Positions 45,516-56,776 of a stretch of 64,000 nucleotides of DNA are shown piece by piece. The translations under genes and the position numbers were made by a program. Position 1 is the first letter of the stretch. The number at the start of each line of letters is the position of its first letter. Below the pieces are notes generated by a model. That model was not told where the DNA came from, did no database searches, and was given only the letters and a program-made list of their open reading frames with translations. The stretch is from a virus. Lineage: Duplodnaviria; Caudoviricetes. The stretch is from IMG/VR virus record IMGVR_UViG_3300032030_000028, positions 32,001 through 96,000 of that record, one strand, 5' to 3'.

Positions 45516-47318
45516 CTAATATAATAATTCTCGTTGGTTCATAAAATCACCCATTCTCAAATATTCGGATGCTTGTCTTATCAATCTTGGATCGCTCGAA
45601 TTGGAAATATTCGGTCCCATAGCGGCATAATAGTTTACATATTTTTCATTAGTGATATTATTCCGGTCTTCAAAATCTTCTCGCAGATATTTGAATTGTA
45701 GAGATTCTTCAGCCAAGACCAGCTGAGCCTGAGACATGACCATATCATCATGTCCGAAACTGGCTTCATAGGAAGATCCGGATTGGGCGAAATTTTTTAG
45801 TTCTAATAGGAATTTGACATCATTGTTTTGAATGTATCCTTTCTCGAAAGCTGTCTTGAAGAGCTTACACATCTTATTCTTGCTAGATTTAGTAATCCGA
45901 ATTCCTAATTTGAACTTGTCGTAATTATCATCATTATAAAATTTGATAATATTGCTATACCAATGTTCTTTAAGTTTGTCTATCCATAATTCTCCATATA
46001 AGTTATATTCTATGGAAATCAGGAATCTTTCCGGGTGTAAATAATTTCTATAGAACTCAGATAATCTAGAACAGCATTCTTTATCGTCTAATGTATTGGT
46101 CCGAAAGTATCCTATAGTCTTAGTAATAGGATCATTATTGTCGGACACTCCTATAAGTTGATTAAAGGTCTGCACCGTATAATCTCCACCTATGCCTTCG
46201 GAAATATCCGTAGTAAGTACCAAATATTGATTTCGGAGGTCATAAATATCCACATCCGGATCCCAATAAAAATCATCATTGAAACATCCCAGCATATCCT
46301 TTACTATAAATTCTATAGTGGATTTGGCACAGTCATTGAGTTTCTTTTTAGAAATCAGAGCGTTGTTAGCGGAGCTGAACTCGGTCCCAAACTGCTCATT
46401 GAATGCATCTTCACTTCCTAGGTTGCCTATTTGCATTTGCTTCCAAGCATCATCTCGTTTATACCATATCTTCTTATCAGGGTCCCATTCCGGAACCTGA
46501 TCCCAGTCTACCTTAAATGCCGCATATTCATTTTCTCCCTTCACGGCGGCGGTATAGATCTTAGAAAATAACTCTAACCCGTTCTGAGTAGAGGTGATCA
46601 TCAAGCGAGCACGTCCTGCGGAAATGGTAGGGAATATATTTTTATAGAAAGGCTCTTGAATATTAGGGGCGATATGAGCAAACTCATCCAACAAGACACA
46701 GTGCAAGGTATAGCCGATACCCGAACGCGGTGTGGTGGCTTCGGCGATGATCATGCAGCCGTTATCCAGAGAGATCTTGCCTTCATTCCAGACCCGGATT
46801 CCCGGTTTCAGGAAATAAGGTAGCTCATAGAAGATATCTTTTGTTTTTTTCAAGATTTCTACGGCGGTATCTCTTTTGTTTCCTAATACCATTGCATTTT
46901 TGTCCGTATTGAATATTATATACCAGAGCATGAAAATAGCGGAGGTAGTCGTTTTTCCGGATTGTCTTGCTGAAAGCATGATACTCAAGCGGTTATTTTG
47001 CAAATGTTTTAAGTAATCTTCTTGATAATCTCTCAAAGATATGTTTTTAATTCCATCCGGAGTCATCAGCTTACAATAGGTGTTGGCAAAATATATGATG
47101 TCATTAGCACATTTCTTCCATTCTTTGATTTCCTCGGAAGTTCTTTTATATAGTAAATCGGGCTTTAAGAGTTTAGTATTTTTCTCATAAAACGGATTGA
47201 CGGCCAGAGGCAAACCCTTATCGATGCCATCCAGTGCCTGCTTTATGATCTTGCTAGTCCACTGGACGGCTTCCGCCTTTTTGCCGCCCACGGTTTCTTT
47301 TATAGGATTAAAAGCCAT
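45516..47318 (-). CDS. terL: Terminase large subunit (T4 gp17-like)
   Basis: LRDYQ, ARQSGKTT Walker A, VLLDEFAH Walker B, ITSTQNG, D.SEG.GGD and GHDD.VM nuclease motifs. Confidence 0.96.
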   Translation of the reverse strand: MAFNPIKETVGGKKAEAVQWTSKIIKQALDGIDKGLPLAVNPFYEKNTKLLKPDLLYKRTSEEIKEWKKCANDIIYFANTYCKLMTPDGIKNISLRDYQEDYLKHLQNNRLSIMLSARQSGKTTTSAIFMLWYIIFNTDKNAMVLGNKRDTAVEILKKTKDIFYELPYFLKPGIRVWNEGKISLDNGCMIIAEATTPRSGIGYTLHCVLLDEFAHIAPNIQEPFYKNIFPTISAGRARLMITSTQNGLELFSKIYTAAVKGENEYAAFKVDWDQVPEWDPDKKIWYKRDDAWKQMQIGNLGSEDAFNEQFGTEFSSANNALISKKKLNDCAKSTIEFIVKDMLGCFNDDFYWDPDVDIYDLRNQYLVLTTDISEGIGGDYTVQTFNQLIGVSDNNDPITKTIGYFRTNTLDDKECCSRLSEFYRNYLHPERFLISIEYNLYGELWIDKLKEHWYSNIIKFYNDDNYDKFKLGIRITKSSKNKMCKLFKTAFEKGYIQNNDVKFLLELKNFAQSGSSYEASFGHDDMVMSQAQLVLAEESLQFKYLREDFEDRNNITNEKYVNYYAAMGPNISNSSDPRLIRQASEYLRMGDFMNQRELLY

Positions 47319-47386
47319 ATTGTTATCTTGATTTCACAAAATAATACGGATCTTATTCTATTTTTTATAGAAAACAAAGACCTGAT

Positions 47387-49714
47387 ATGGCTCGTTATCA
47401 ATTATTTCGTACCTCTCCAAGCCTTTCCGGACAAGTAAGATTAGATATAATAGTGAATAAAGATCCGGAAACACAGATAATAACGGGAGATGATATTCAT
47501 ATAGTCCCAATTAATGATAATATAGACTTTAATGAATCTAATAAGCGCCGAACTTTAAATTATTCTCATCGAGAAAATATTAAAAATCTTTATAGAGAGA
47601 TAAGTGGAGATTTTTATAGCTCTGCCGGAGAATATGTTGAAAAAACCTGGTTATATGACGGAATCTCTAGAAAAGATCCGCATTCTCATACATATATGGC
47701 CGGGCCGAAAAGGATGAGATATACCAGATATGAGAAACAGTTTTCATATATGATTCCCGTATGGATCTCGGAATACACAGATTTTAATAAAATAAGGTTT
47801 GTGTGTCATGCTGGATCGGAAGATCAAGATGTTATTATAAGTTCCTTCAAGCTATCTCCCGACATAGTCCGATATCTGCAAGAATATATGGGGACATCAG
47901 CTACAGGTGAATGCGTTTCGGACAATCTTTTGAATATAGATCTGGGAAATATGAGTTCATATATTCAGGGAATCCAAGCCGATACCGGGCAATATATGAC
48001 CAGAGATACTTCTTATATCATGAATTTCTTGTTCAAAAGAGAAAGACCTATGCTAGAATTAGACTCGGCCTTGCTGGATTTATTCCGACAAAACAATATA
48101 ATAGCTCAACAGATATTGAATCTGAATTTTGTTTTTAACATTAAAGATATTTCCGGAGCTTGGCCTGAATATTATCTTTACAATAAACAAATCCGAATAT
48201 GGATAGATGTTCAATATGAAAATAAATCATTAGAATATAAAGATTTATATACAAATTATCAGTTTATTCCAAAATATAATTTACAATCCGGAGGATATAC
48301 CCACGACAATGTATTGGATTTTATGGAAGACTATAATTGTGTCGATTTGGTAAGTGTAAATAAATTCACCCAGCCTATATTTCATTGGGCATTGGTCAAT
48401 AATCCAAAATACATATTCAATCTATATTCGGGGTGTGCTCCATATATAGAAAAAAATATGGTGCTAGACGGGGGTACATTTAACTGGGTGGATATATCGC
48501 TTGACGAAGCCGACCCGTGGCGGCAGAATTGGAAATGGATTAAATTTGCAAATAAAACCGGAATATCCAACTGGTCTGGTGATTATGATGATGATATTAA
48601 TCATGACCGGCCTGATTATAAATTTTCCAAGATAATTGTCAATCCCGGCAGTCTGGCTATAGAAAGCAATTTGTTTAGAAAGTTCTTCAACGACGAAGAT
48701 GAATCGGCATGGGCTAGCGTCTGGAAGAAACTGGAAGCTAAAAATATATGGATGACTTTGATTTTAAATACAAATCAGTCCGATAAATATGAATTTAATT
48801 TCAGGATATCCGGAAATAACATTTTTATTTTCATAAAATGCAATAATCTGGATGACATGGTATTATATAAAATGTGTCACGATGAAGACCTTCCGGGTAT
48901 TATTGACGAAATTCCGGATGGGTATGATAATGTGAGTCTCGAAGATATGGATTTAATTAAAAGTTTATTGAGATATATTATAGGTGAAAATGATATATCC
49001 AATAAAAATTTATGGGATAGATGGATACGGCCGAATCTTGTCGAATTTGATAATATTTTAGATATTTATAAAGAAAATAAAAATTTATCGGGCCAAACAA
49101 CAAAAGAATTCAAATATTCGGAACATTCTAGTGCTGACTATGATGGATTATATCGTTATTCCGGAAATTTATGTCCGATTTTTATAGATCCTGAAGACCC
49201 TATATTTTATAATCAATACTATAGATATTATCAGTGGGATAATAAACGGAGCGATGTGATGAGAGAATGTGCGGCTTTGAAAAACAAGAAAATTCCCATG
49301 AACTACCCATCTATTAAGATAGGTAAAGATCATAATGGTGATATAACGTATTTTCCATGGATTGAAGGCGGCAGTTCGTTATCATCTCCTTTTTACGCCG
49401 ATTGGCATCGCGATGTGCTATGGGGTAGACATAGTATTTTATGGAATTTGCCGCCAACGGTAAAATTCCAAAAAGAAATATCAAAAAATCTATCGCCCGC
49501 GGATATCGAAAACGAGATATGGCGTGGATTTATAAAGGCTCTTAAAGATATGGATTCCTCTCAAGACTGTCCCTTAGCGGATATCATCGAGGAGTATCCG
49601 GACGAATTTCGAGAATTTATAAATAAAAATTATTTAGTAATTCAAAATTTTGAATATAAGAGTCTCACCGATATCGACAATATTATTTATACAGTAACAT
49701 ATAAATTAAGATAA
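47387..49714 (+). CDS. Putative virion structural protein
   Basis: 775-aa ORF; context only. Confidence 0.6.
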   Translation: MARYQLFRTSPSLSGQVRLDIIVNKDPETQIITGDDIHIVPINDNIDFNESNKRRTLNYSHRENIKNLYREISGDFYSSAGEYVEKTWLYDGISRKDPHSHTYMAGPKRMRYTRYEKQFSYMIPVWISEYTDFNKIRFVCHAGSEDQDVIISSFKLSPDIVRYLQEYMGTSATGECVSDNLLNIDLGNMSSYIQGIQADTGQYMTRDTSYIMNFLFKRERPMLELDSALLDLFRQNNIIAQQILNLNFVFNIKDISGAWPEYYLYNKQIRIWIDVQYENKSLEYKDLYTNYQFIPKYNLQSGGYTHDNVLDFMEDYNCVDLVSVNKFTQPIFHWALVNNPKYIFNLYSGCAPYIEKNMVLDGGTFNWVDISLDEADPWRQNWKWIKFANKTGISNWSGDYDDDINHDRPDYKFSKIIVNPGSLAIESNLFRKFFNDEDESAWASVWKKLEAKNIWMTLILNTNQSDKYEFNFRISGNNIFIFIKCNNLDDMVLYKMCHDEDLPGIIDEIPDGYDNVSLEDMDLIKSLLRYIIGENDISNKNLWDRWIRPNLVEFDNILDIYKENKNLSGQTTKEFKYSEHSSADYDGLYRYSGNLCPIFIDPEDPIFYNQYYRYYQWDNKRSDVMRECAALKNKKIPMNYPSIKIGKDHNGDITYFPWIEGGSSLSSPFYADWHRDVLWGRHSILWNLPPTVKFQKEISKNLSPADIENEIWRGFIKALKDMDSSQDCPLADIIEEYPDEFREFINKNYLVIQNFEYKSLTDIDNIIYTVTYKLR

Positions 49715-49721
49715 ACCAAGT

Positions 49722-52703
49722 ATGGCTGAAATTAGAGATTTTTTAATCCCCATAACGGTACCCAATATATCTTCGTCAGATTTCGCGATAGATTTTGAAG
49801 CCTTTTGTGTCGCCGTAAAGGATAATATAAACAAAATAGTGAGTGCTCCGTTTCTCAAGGGCGATCGGGGAAGCCGGGTGCGAATAAAAAACGAATACTT
49901 GAAACTCCAAGTTGATTCAAATGGGACTTCTCATGAAGAATGGTCCGATTTCGCCAAATGCTTGGTTAGATCTATATATGGGAATCATCCGGGATCCGTC
50001 AATCCGGATTTGCCATTACCGTTAATGGATATAGATGAAACTCATCCGGACGGACTTATAATACCAGAGGATGATGATTGGGAGACGATGGTGTCTATAG
50101 ACGGTGGTTATGCGTCTCCGGCGATTATCGGATATGAATTTGAATTGTTTGATGATGCTTCGGGAGAAGTATCTCATGGTACCGGAAAAATGAAGGTATT
50201 GTCTTCAACAGACACCACCTCGGTAATTTCTATCGTCGAACATTCCGGAATCGGGATATCGGGTAGAGAATTTGTTATTGGATCTTCGGAAGAAAATTTT
50301 GATCCCGAAACATACTATCAATTAGTAGAGCAGGATTCTCCGGTCAATCTATGGATGAAAATCGGAGATAAAATCAATCTCCATGGAGACGATGAGGATA
50401 ATTTTGAAATGTTCTTTTCTTATGACATATTCAAGAATTTAGAATATATTCCAGTATGTTATGATGAAGATTCTGGTAAAAAATTCTTATGTGTACCGTT
50501 TTATTTCTTTGACGGCAGACTTAATTACGTAGGATATATGGACTGGTCTCTTTCGCTATTTCGCGATATGTCGGTCACGGTGTTTGGTGAAGCGACACTG
50601 GAATTTCAAGGTGATAATCCTACCAAGGAGGAAATTGAAGACCCAAACTGCTGGATATGGTCTATGGAGACCACAAATGCGTTTCCTAAATTATATTATA
50701 ATGTCGATCTTAAACAGTTTTGCTGGGAAATTGCCGGAGAACAAACTAATATTATAGCTCAGGGATTGAAAGGAGATAAAGGCGATTCTGCAAATATATG
50801 GGTGTGTGAAGGGTCCGTCACCGGAGGGACTGATGAAGAATCTATATTGATTAATAGAATATTAGCACCATATGATGGCATGCCTATTTCTAATATCCAA
50901 TCTGGAGATCTTATCGTAGTATTATATGATGATAATGAAGGAGCCGCCGAGCCTGGTGAAGAACCTCCATATCGGAGAGTTCAGTTTGGCATAGCCCATG
51001 TAGCCGGACAAATATGTTATATAGATTATAAATATAACTGTGAAATCATCCATAAACTCAGAAATTATAGTCTGCATGATTACCTGAGAAGCATAGGAGT
51101 AGATCCAAATGGAGACGATTCGATTGGTGGGGTTATTACCGCCTTATATACATTAGAAAGAGGTGGGCGGGCTAACGCTATGGCTATGTGGGCGAGTAGA
51201 TGGGATTTGAATGCCGGAGAATATGATGATGATAATCATTTTATAGCACCCATATCTCTCGGCAAAACATCCGGTAATCTACAAGAGACCGACAAGAATA
51301 CCTTGTCTAATAAGATTCTAAATATTCTATATGATGATGTAGTATTCAAAAAGACAATACATGTTGATAACATAATTTCCAATAATGGCATGAATACTAA
51401 TGCGGTTGGAGTTCTGCAAAATCCGATTTCGGGGAATTATCTGAAGGAATATCGGCTTGGTGTGCTCTGCAACGTGCTGTCCGCTAGGAAGTCCGATAAC
51501 CCTGTAACGGGCAGAATGGGTGAAGGGCTTATACCAAATTTAGCGGTTTCCGATGAAAATCCGTCTCATGCCGATATAATTGCTAAATCAACTAGTGCTT
51601 TTCTATATATAGAGTGTGAACTAATAGTGGGATGGATCCCTTCGATTATAGCGGACATTTTTAACGAAAACCTGAGTGACAATAGAAATACCCCAACTTT
51701 AGACATATACAGAGCGCAAAAATATCATTTGTATGTGAGAGTTCCGGTATCCGGGAGCAATAATGTTGCCGCCATTTCTTTAGACGGGCATGCCTGGAGC
51801 CCCAATATATATCTAAACACTACTACTGGATCGGCAACCGCTTCTTCTTCACTATCTCACAAAGGATCGGGACGAAATCTATCTATATCTATAGACAATT
51901 CCATGGTATTTGAAGAAAATATCAAGCAAGAAAATAAAACGGAAGTAGATTCTTGGTTCAACAATGCTACATTCCATATACAAAATAGACTTACCGGATA
52001 TTCGACTCCCGGAGGCCGGGAATTCTTCTATGAATACAGAACGCCGAAAGGATTTTTATGTAAAGATAAAATCAAATATAGTGTTAGCATCAGCGATAAT
52101 AAATATTGTTTTTACTTGAATCAATTTAGATTGTCTGGGGGGCAATTAAGAATGTCCGCGGGTGGAGATTTTAATGTAGATAATTTGATCTGGTTTGGAT
52201 CTCGCAATACATCTAGTTCTCCGATAGGATATAGAGATAATACTACATCGGAATCTTTATTATGGCCTCTCACCGACGACGGATATTCTTTTTTAAATTA
52301 CTTTAAATCCGGTCAGAATAATTATATTCGTACAACGAATGATGAAGGTAATTATATGTGGCAAGGCCGCATTTTAAGTGCTAATCCGAAAAATAATACA
52401 GCCGCCGGTAAAAAACAAGATTTATATTATATCAATACTTCGTTTTACGAAACTTTATATCCTGCTGAATTCTTTACATTTATAGTTAAAAATCCGGATC
52501 TAGATACCTATAATACATCTACTAGACACATTTCGCGAGTACCGATAAATTCCGCTATACATATTTATCCCGAAGGAATATGTGGGCTGGCCTATGATAG
52601 AGTAGTGACGACTAGTGAAAACCAAGCCTGGGGTCCGGATATTGTGAATCCTGCTCAGGCGGCTAGTGGAACATATGTTCCTTCCCAGCAGGTGGAATCT
52701 TGA
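49722..52703 (+). CDS. Putative tail fibre/appendage protein
   Basis: 993 aa, short KGD.G collagen-like motifs, S/T/N-rich C-terminus. Confidence 0.5.
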   Translation: MAEIRDFLIPITVPNISSSDFAIDFEAFCVAVKDNINKIVSAPFLKGDRGSRVRIKNEYLKLQVDSNGTSHEEWSDFAKCLVRSIYGNHPGSVNPDLPLPLMDIDETHPDGLIIPEDDDWETMVSIDGGYASPAIIGYEFELFDDASGEVSHGTGKMKVLSSTDTTSVISIVEHSGIGISGREFVIGSSEENFDPETYYQLVEQDSPVNLWMKIGDKINLHGDDEDNFEMFFSYDIFKNLEYIPVCYDEDSGKKFLCVPFYFFDGRLNYVGYMDWSLSLFRDMSVTVFGEATLEFQGDNPTKEEIEDPNCWIWSMETTNAFPKLYYNVDLKQFCWEIAGEQTNIIAQGLKGDKGDSANIWVCEGSVTGGTDEESILINRILAPYDGMPISNIQSGDLIVVLYDDNEGAAEPGEEPPYRRVQFGIAHVAGQICYIDYKYNCEIIHKLRNYSLHDYLRSIGVDPNGDDSIGGVITALYTLERGGRANAMAMWASRWDLNAGEYDDDNHFIAPISLGKTSGNLQETDKNTLSNKILNILYDDVVFKKTIHVDNIISNNGMNTNAVGVLQNPISGNYLKEYRLGVLCNVLSARKSDNPVTGRMGEGLIPNLAVSDENPSHADIIAKSTSAFLYIECELIVGWIPSIIADIFNENLSDNRNTPTLDIYRAQKYHLYVRVPVSGSNNVAAISLDGHAWSPNIYLNTTTGSATASSSLSHKGSGRNLSISIDNSMVFEENIKQENKTEVDSWFNNATFHIQNRLTGYSTPGGREFFYEYRTPKGFLCKDKIKYSVSISDNKYCFYLNQFRLSGGQLRMSAGGDFNVDNLIWFGSRNTSSSPIGYRDNTTSESLLWPLTDDGYSFLNYFKSGQNNYIRTTNDEGNYMWQGRILSANPKNNTAAGKKQDLYYINTSFYETLYPAEFFTFIVKNPDLDTYNTSTRHISRVPINSAIHIYPEGICGLAYDRVVTTSENQAWGPDIVNPAQAASGTYVPSQQVES

Positions 52704-52760
52704 AAATTATAAATTTATGAACAGTTATTTATTATTGAAATACCAAATAAAAGATAAGAA

Positions 52761-54017
52761 ATGAATAGTGTTTACAAGACATTAGTGGAGCTCGACTTTC
52801 CAAACATTCTTTTCGAAGCCGACGCTATGACCGCAACGGGTCAAGAATTGATCAACAAGTACAAAAAATCTGTTATGATGGGCGAAACCACATGCGCTAT
52901 GGTCAACAATTTTATTAAAGAGGCAAAAGATTATACTTATGATTCCGGAGTGTCCGAAGCTCTTGGTAAAATATCTGATGTCTTGAATGCTAATAAATAT
53001 TCCTGGGCTATTTCTAGTGCATGCGAGAGTATCCAAGCTAATAAGTCCACTTATAATTATTTAGCCCGCAATGCTGCGGAAAAAGTCATGCCGATTCTCG
53101 AAATGGGAGAGGATGAGATAGTTCAATACATTAAAAGCGGTGCTTTAAAGAGTGTGATGCATGTTGAGCAGTTCCGCAATATTGCGAAGTCCGTTTTTAA
53201 AGATCAACCTATTGTAGAGTATATCGACAAATTTAAAGCAATCAGACCGATTTCTATTGTAGAAGATAATGATTCGGCTATTTTCTTCGAAGTTCTCGGT
53301 AATATCTATAAAATTCAAGATAAACTTTTATATGAAGCTGCCGCTAACGAGGTTAGCGATACTTTCATCACTATCTCCCAGCTTTTAGAAAGTAATATGG
53401 TAACTTTAGATACCGTCAATGAAAGTGTGACTTTGAATTTTGGAGATAAAAAATACGAAGTTTCTAAACAAGATGAAGTAACTTTGATCTCGGGAGATAA
53501 TCGTAGAGTTATGAATACCGCTCAATTGCGAGAGAATAACAACCTTTACATTTCCGCTCTTCCGAATACGGCATCCAAATATAATCAAGCCGCGGTATTA
53601 GAAGCTTTAGCTAAATTGGTAGAAAATTTCGATAGAGTCCATGTGATGGATAATGTTTATGTTATCGAGTCACAATTCGATAAATTTTTCATTATCGAAA
53701 ACGATGGCAAGGCGGTAGCTAAAAGCATAGTCTCAGGTCATAATGTCAGATTAAATGAATCCGGAAATATCACGGAAGTGCTGAACACTATTAAAAAGCA
53801 GACTAAAATTGATCTTACCGAAAAATACTCCGAATCTATTGGTAAAAACATTCGAGATGCCGAAGAAGTGGAAGCCAAGCAAATTCAAGAATCTCTTGAA
53901 GATTCTCGGAATGATCAGAGACGCCAGAAAATCGAAGAACTCACCAAGAGATATAAAAATGATCCGGCTAAATTAGCGGTGCTTTCTAAAATCGCTTCGG
54001 AATTAAATACGCTCTAA
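52761..54017 (+). CDS. Putative head core/scaffold-associated protein
   Basis: 418 aa, many L/I-x-E|S/A sites, coiled C-terminus. Confidence 0.45.
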   Translation: MNSVYKTLVELDFPNILFEADAMTATGQELINKYKKSVMMGETTCAMVNNFIKEAKDYTYDSGVSEALGKISDVLNANKYSWAISSACESIQANKSTYNYLARNAAEKVMPILEMGEDEIVQYIKSGALKSVMHVEQFRNIAKSVFKDQPIVEYIDKFKAIRPISIVEDNDSAIFFEVLGNIYKIQDKLLYEAAANEVSDTFITISQLLESNMVTLDTVNESVTLNFGDKKYEVSKQDEVTLISGDNRRVMNTAQLRENNNLYISALPNTASKYNQAAVLEALAKLVENFDRVHVMDNVYVIESQFDKFFIIENDGKAVAKSIVSGHNVRLNESGNITEVLNTIKKQTKIDLTEKYSESIGKNIRDAEEVEAKQIQESLEDSRNDQRRQKIEELTKRYKNDPAKLAVLSKIASELNTL

Positions 54018-54038
54018 TCTAATTGTAAATAGAATAAG

Positions 54039-54065
54039 AAAGGACCTCATTGAGGTCCTTTTTTT
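54039..54065. terminator. Bidirectional terminator between convergent genes
   Basis: AAAGGACCTC-ATT-GAGGTCCTTT. Confidence 0.8.
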
Positions 54066-54549
54066 ATCGCGGGAATCTTACTATTTTATGATATTTTCCC
54101 CAAGCATTCGGTATCGGATTATATTTTTCCGACCGCTCGAACCCAAATTTCCCATACAGTTTATACAACATATCTAACGGTGTTTTAAACATATCATCCG
54201 GATCTCCGACAAGGACAACATTATTATCATCTGCCCATAACGTTAATTCATCTAGGACATTTGTGGCTATCCCCCGATTGCGAAGAGCGGGTTTTACTTG
54301 TATAGATACGAGCTCTACTACCATATTATTTGTGCCAAATGCTTTCTTTTGCGAATCGTCTCGTTTGAGTATGAGTTCGCTTAAACCATATTCTTCGGAC
54401 AATTCCGGATGGAGATTATCCTCCGGGTCCATGCTGATTATAAAAGTCTCTAAGTTTCTTGAAAAATACTTTTCAAGAGTTTTATATAGTCTCCCTGGTT
54501 TTGTTTTTTTAGCAGGTCGTCCTATTATGGATTCAATAATATTTTTCAT
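54064..54549 (-). CDS. GNAT acetyltransferase with MKNIIESIIGR leader
   Basis: VKPALRNRGIAT and LYKLYGKFGF motifs. Confidence 0.85.
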   Translation of the reverse strand: MKNIIESIIGRPAKKTKPGRLYKTLEKYFSRNLETFIISMDPEDNLHPELSEEYGLSELILKRDDSQKKAFGTNNMVVELVSIQVKPALRNRGIATNVLDELTLWADDNNVVLVGDPDDMFKTPLDMLYKLYGKFGFERSEKYNPIPNAWGKYHKIVRFPR

Positions 54550-55070
54550 ATTTCAATAATACTATTATCCCGGTCCATGGAAAGATTACCGCTAGGGACA
54601 CACAGTTTGATATATTTATATCCATTATCAATCATATCATGCAAGGAGTAATCCATATTTTTGATAACTAATGAGGACTCTTCGCCGGATAAATCTTCTA
54701 TAAAATCATCCCAGTGATCCCGAACCGCCTCGTATGCGGAGAGAGTCTCTCTGTCCGGATTGCTTTCATAACGATCTTTTAATTTTTTTATCCATTCTTC
54801 TTTTAAATTCGAATCCGGGTATATTACGGTATATATTTGATTGCGAGATTTTAAATACCTCCTGATAGCTTCATGTGATGGCACTAATACGTCATATCCT
54901 TGTTCTACAAGATCTATAGCAACATTGCAAAAAGATTCATACCATCCTTCCGGCCGGACTTTTTTATCTCCATTCCCTATCCAAAAACAGTCACTTCTTA
55001 AATCTATCCATCCCATTTCTTTCAAAGAACTTTTTCCCACACCGGGAAATCCTACTATTATCCTGCTCAT
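54546..55070 (-). CDS. P-loop NTPase/kinase
   Basis: IIVGFPGVGKS Walker A. Confidence 0.75.
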   Translation of the reverse strand: MSRIIVGFPGVGKSSLKEMGWIDLRSDCFWIGNGDKKVRPEGWYESFCNVAIDLVEQGYDVLVPSHEAIRRYLKSRNQIYTVIYPDSNLKEEWIKKLKDRYESNPDRETLSAYEAVRDHWDDFIEDLSGEESSLVIKNMDYSLHDMIDNGYKYIKLCVPSGNLSMDRDNSIIEI

Positions 55071-55079
55071 ATTGTATGT

Positions 55080-55961
55080 TTATTTTTTAGGATCGAAAAA
55101 TATAAATTCTCTTTTATAATCATGCCCCAATAAATTATCAAATGTGTTTTTAAGAATTACGTGCATTTTTCCAGCCATATCATTTCCTGCAGCATGCTCC
55201 ATAATTCGAGATGTGTTTATATATTCATCACCGCTCTGATATGTCACATCCATAATAAGGGGACTTTTAATCCAGGCTCCCTTTAAAAGATATCCTACCA
55301 TAGTCATCTGAATAAGATCTTCGTGCGTCAGATCTACTATTCCTGGTGCAAATGCCGGATTTTTTATAAACCGGCATCTCAATACTCGTGGATGCATAGG
55401 TGGGATCGAACCAGCGGGCATAGAATTATACCGTACCGCCCATTCTCCAGGAAATGACAAGCTCCAATTGCCTACACGCAGAGGGTTGGAATTTACTAAT
55501 TTATAATCTTGGGAATCCGAATACCAGCAACTATAGAATATGTTATTGTTTATATCATAAATTGAAGATGCTCGATCTCCGGCCATATAATCTATTTCGG
55601 TGCCACAAAAATCATTACACATATTAATATATTCCAAGGCATTTGGGAATAATATGTCATCATGATCTAATTGTATGGTCCACTCATCGGGTTTGCACGA
55701 AATATGAGCTATAGCTTCGCGTTTTATTTTTCCTATAGGCCGGCCCACCATATTTTTTTCAAAAATCTTCACCTTGCTGGAATGTTTTTTATATTCAGGA
55801 TGATGATCTAAAAAATCAATAAATGTCTCTTTGAAAAACGGAGTTTTAGATGTATCCAAAACTACCCATTCCCAATCCTCATACGTCTGATTCATGACAG
55901 ATTCTATGACGATTTCGACAAGCGGCATTTTTTTGTGTGTTGGAGTAATGATGCTTATCAT
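55080..55961 (-). CDS. GT2-family glycosyltransferase
   Basis: ISIITPT, SVMNQTYEDWEWVVLD, QLDHDD. Confidence 0.85.
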   Translation of the reverse strand: MISIITPTHKKMPLVEIVIESVMNQTYEDWEWVVLDTSKTPFFKETFIDFLDHHPEYKKHSSKVKIFEKNMVGRPIGKIKREAIAHISCKPDEWTIQLDHDDILFPNALEYINMCNDFCGTEIDYMAGDRASSIYDINNNIFYSCWYSDSQDYKLVNSNPLRVGNWSLSFPGEWAVRYNSMPAGSIPPMHPRVLRCRFIKNPAFAPGIVDLTHEDLIQMTMVGYLLKGAWIKSPLIMDVTYQSGDEYINTSRIMEHAAGNDMAGKMHVILKNTFDNLLGHDYKREFIFFDPKK

Positions 55962-55969
55962 AAAAATTC

Positions 55970-56776
55970 TTAAAATTGTAAAAATCTTGGATTCCAATTA
56001 AGAGACATACCTAAACCAATATATGGGGATAATTTAACGGAATGATCTGGAAAGGATATACCATATCCCACCTGTAATCCGAGCCCAATCCCAAACTGTT
56101 TTCGGTTCTTATATTCGCTTTTAGGATCGGAAATGGCGATAGCCGTACCATTATGGAAATATATCGGATAGTCGGATTTAAGATCCATCCACGTATATCC
56201 TTTTTTATCTTTATATATATAACTATCAATCCAGACATCCTGATTTAAATCTATCATAGCTTCTCCCTCCATCTGTAATTTGCCGGTTTCGCAATTCACA
56301 CCATAAGGTACGAATACATTCAAATACCTGGACGATTTTCCGAATATAGCCGTATCCGTTACGGATAGAATTCCGGAGTCCGACCAAATTTCTTCTATAT
56401 ACATGGTATCATGTATAATTTTAACCGACGCCCATATGGTATCGTGCATTCCAGCAACATATTGTAAAATGGTAATGGGTTCTTTGCCTTTCTCTAATTT
56501 CAGACTATCGGACAATTCATCAGTTCTTAATTGCAATGCTCGCATAGTGGCTGTATTCAAACCGTCTTTATCTTTATAGTTTTTTAAAGTATCATTTATA
56601 GCCAATATGTTGTTTTCTAATCGAGCCTTTTCTTTTTTAAATTTAGATGCTAGATCACATTGCCGGAATAAAAGAACACCTAGTAATAAACAAATCGCTA
56701 CTAATATCCATTTGATGTTTGTTTTAAAAAATGTTTTTGTACGTATTAAGATATCTTTAAATTGAGCCCAGTTCAT
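55970..56776 (-). CDS. Membrane-anchored protein, possible spanin-like lysis protein
   Basis: N-terminal transmembrane helix, coiled coil, C-terminal amphipathic beta strands (FGIGLGLQVGYG..YIGLGMSLNW). Confidence 0.45.
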   Translation of the reverse strand: MNWAQFKDILIRTKTFFKTNIKWILVAICLLLGVLLFRQCDLASKFKKEKARLENNILAINDTLKNYKDKDGLNTATMRALQLRTDELSDSLKLEKGKEPITILQYVAGMHDTIWASVKIIHDTMYIEEIWSDSGILSVTDTAIFGKSSRYLNVFVPYGVNCETGKLQMEGEAMIDLNQDVWIDSYIYKDKKGYTWMDLKSDYPIYFHNGTAIAISDPKSEYKNRKQFGIGLGLQVGYGISFPDHSVKLSPYIGLGMSLNWNPRFLQF

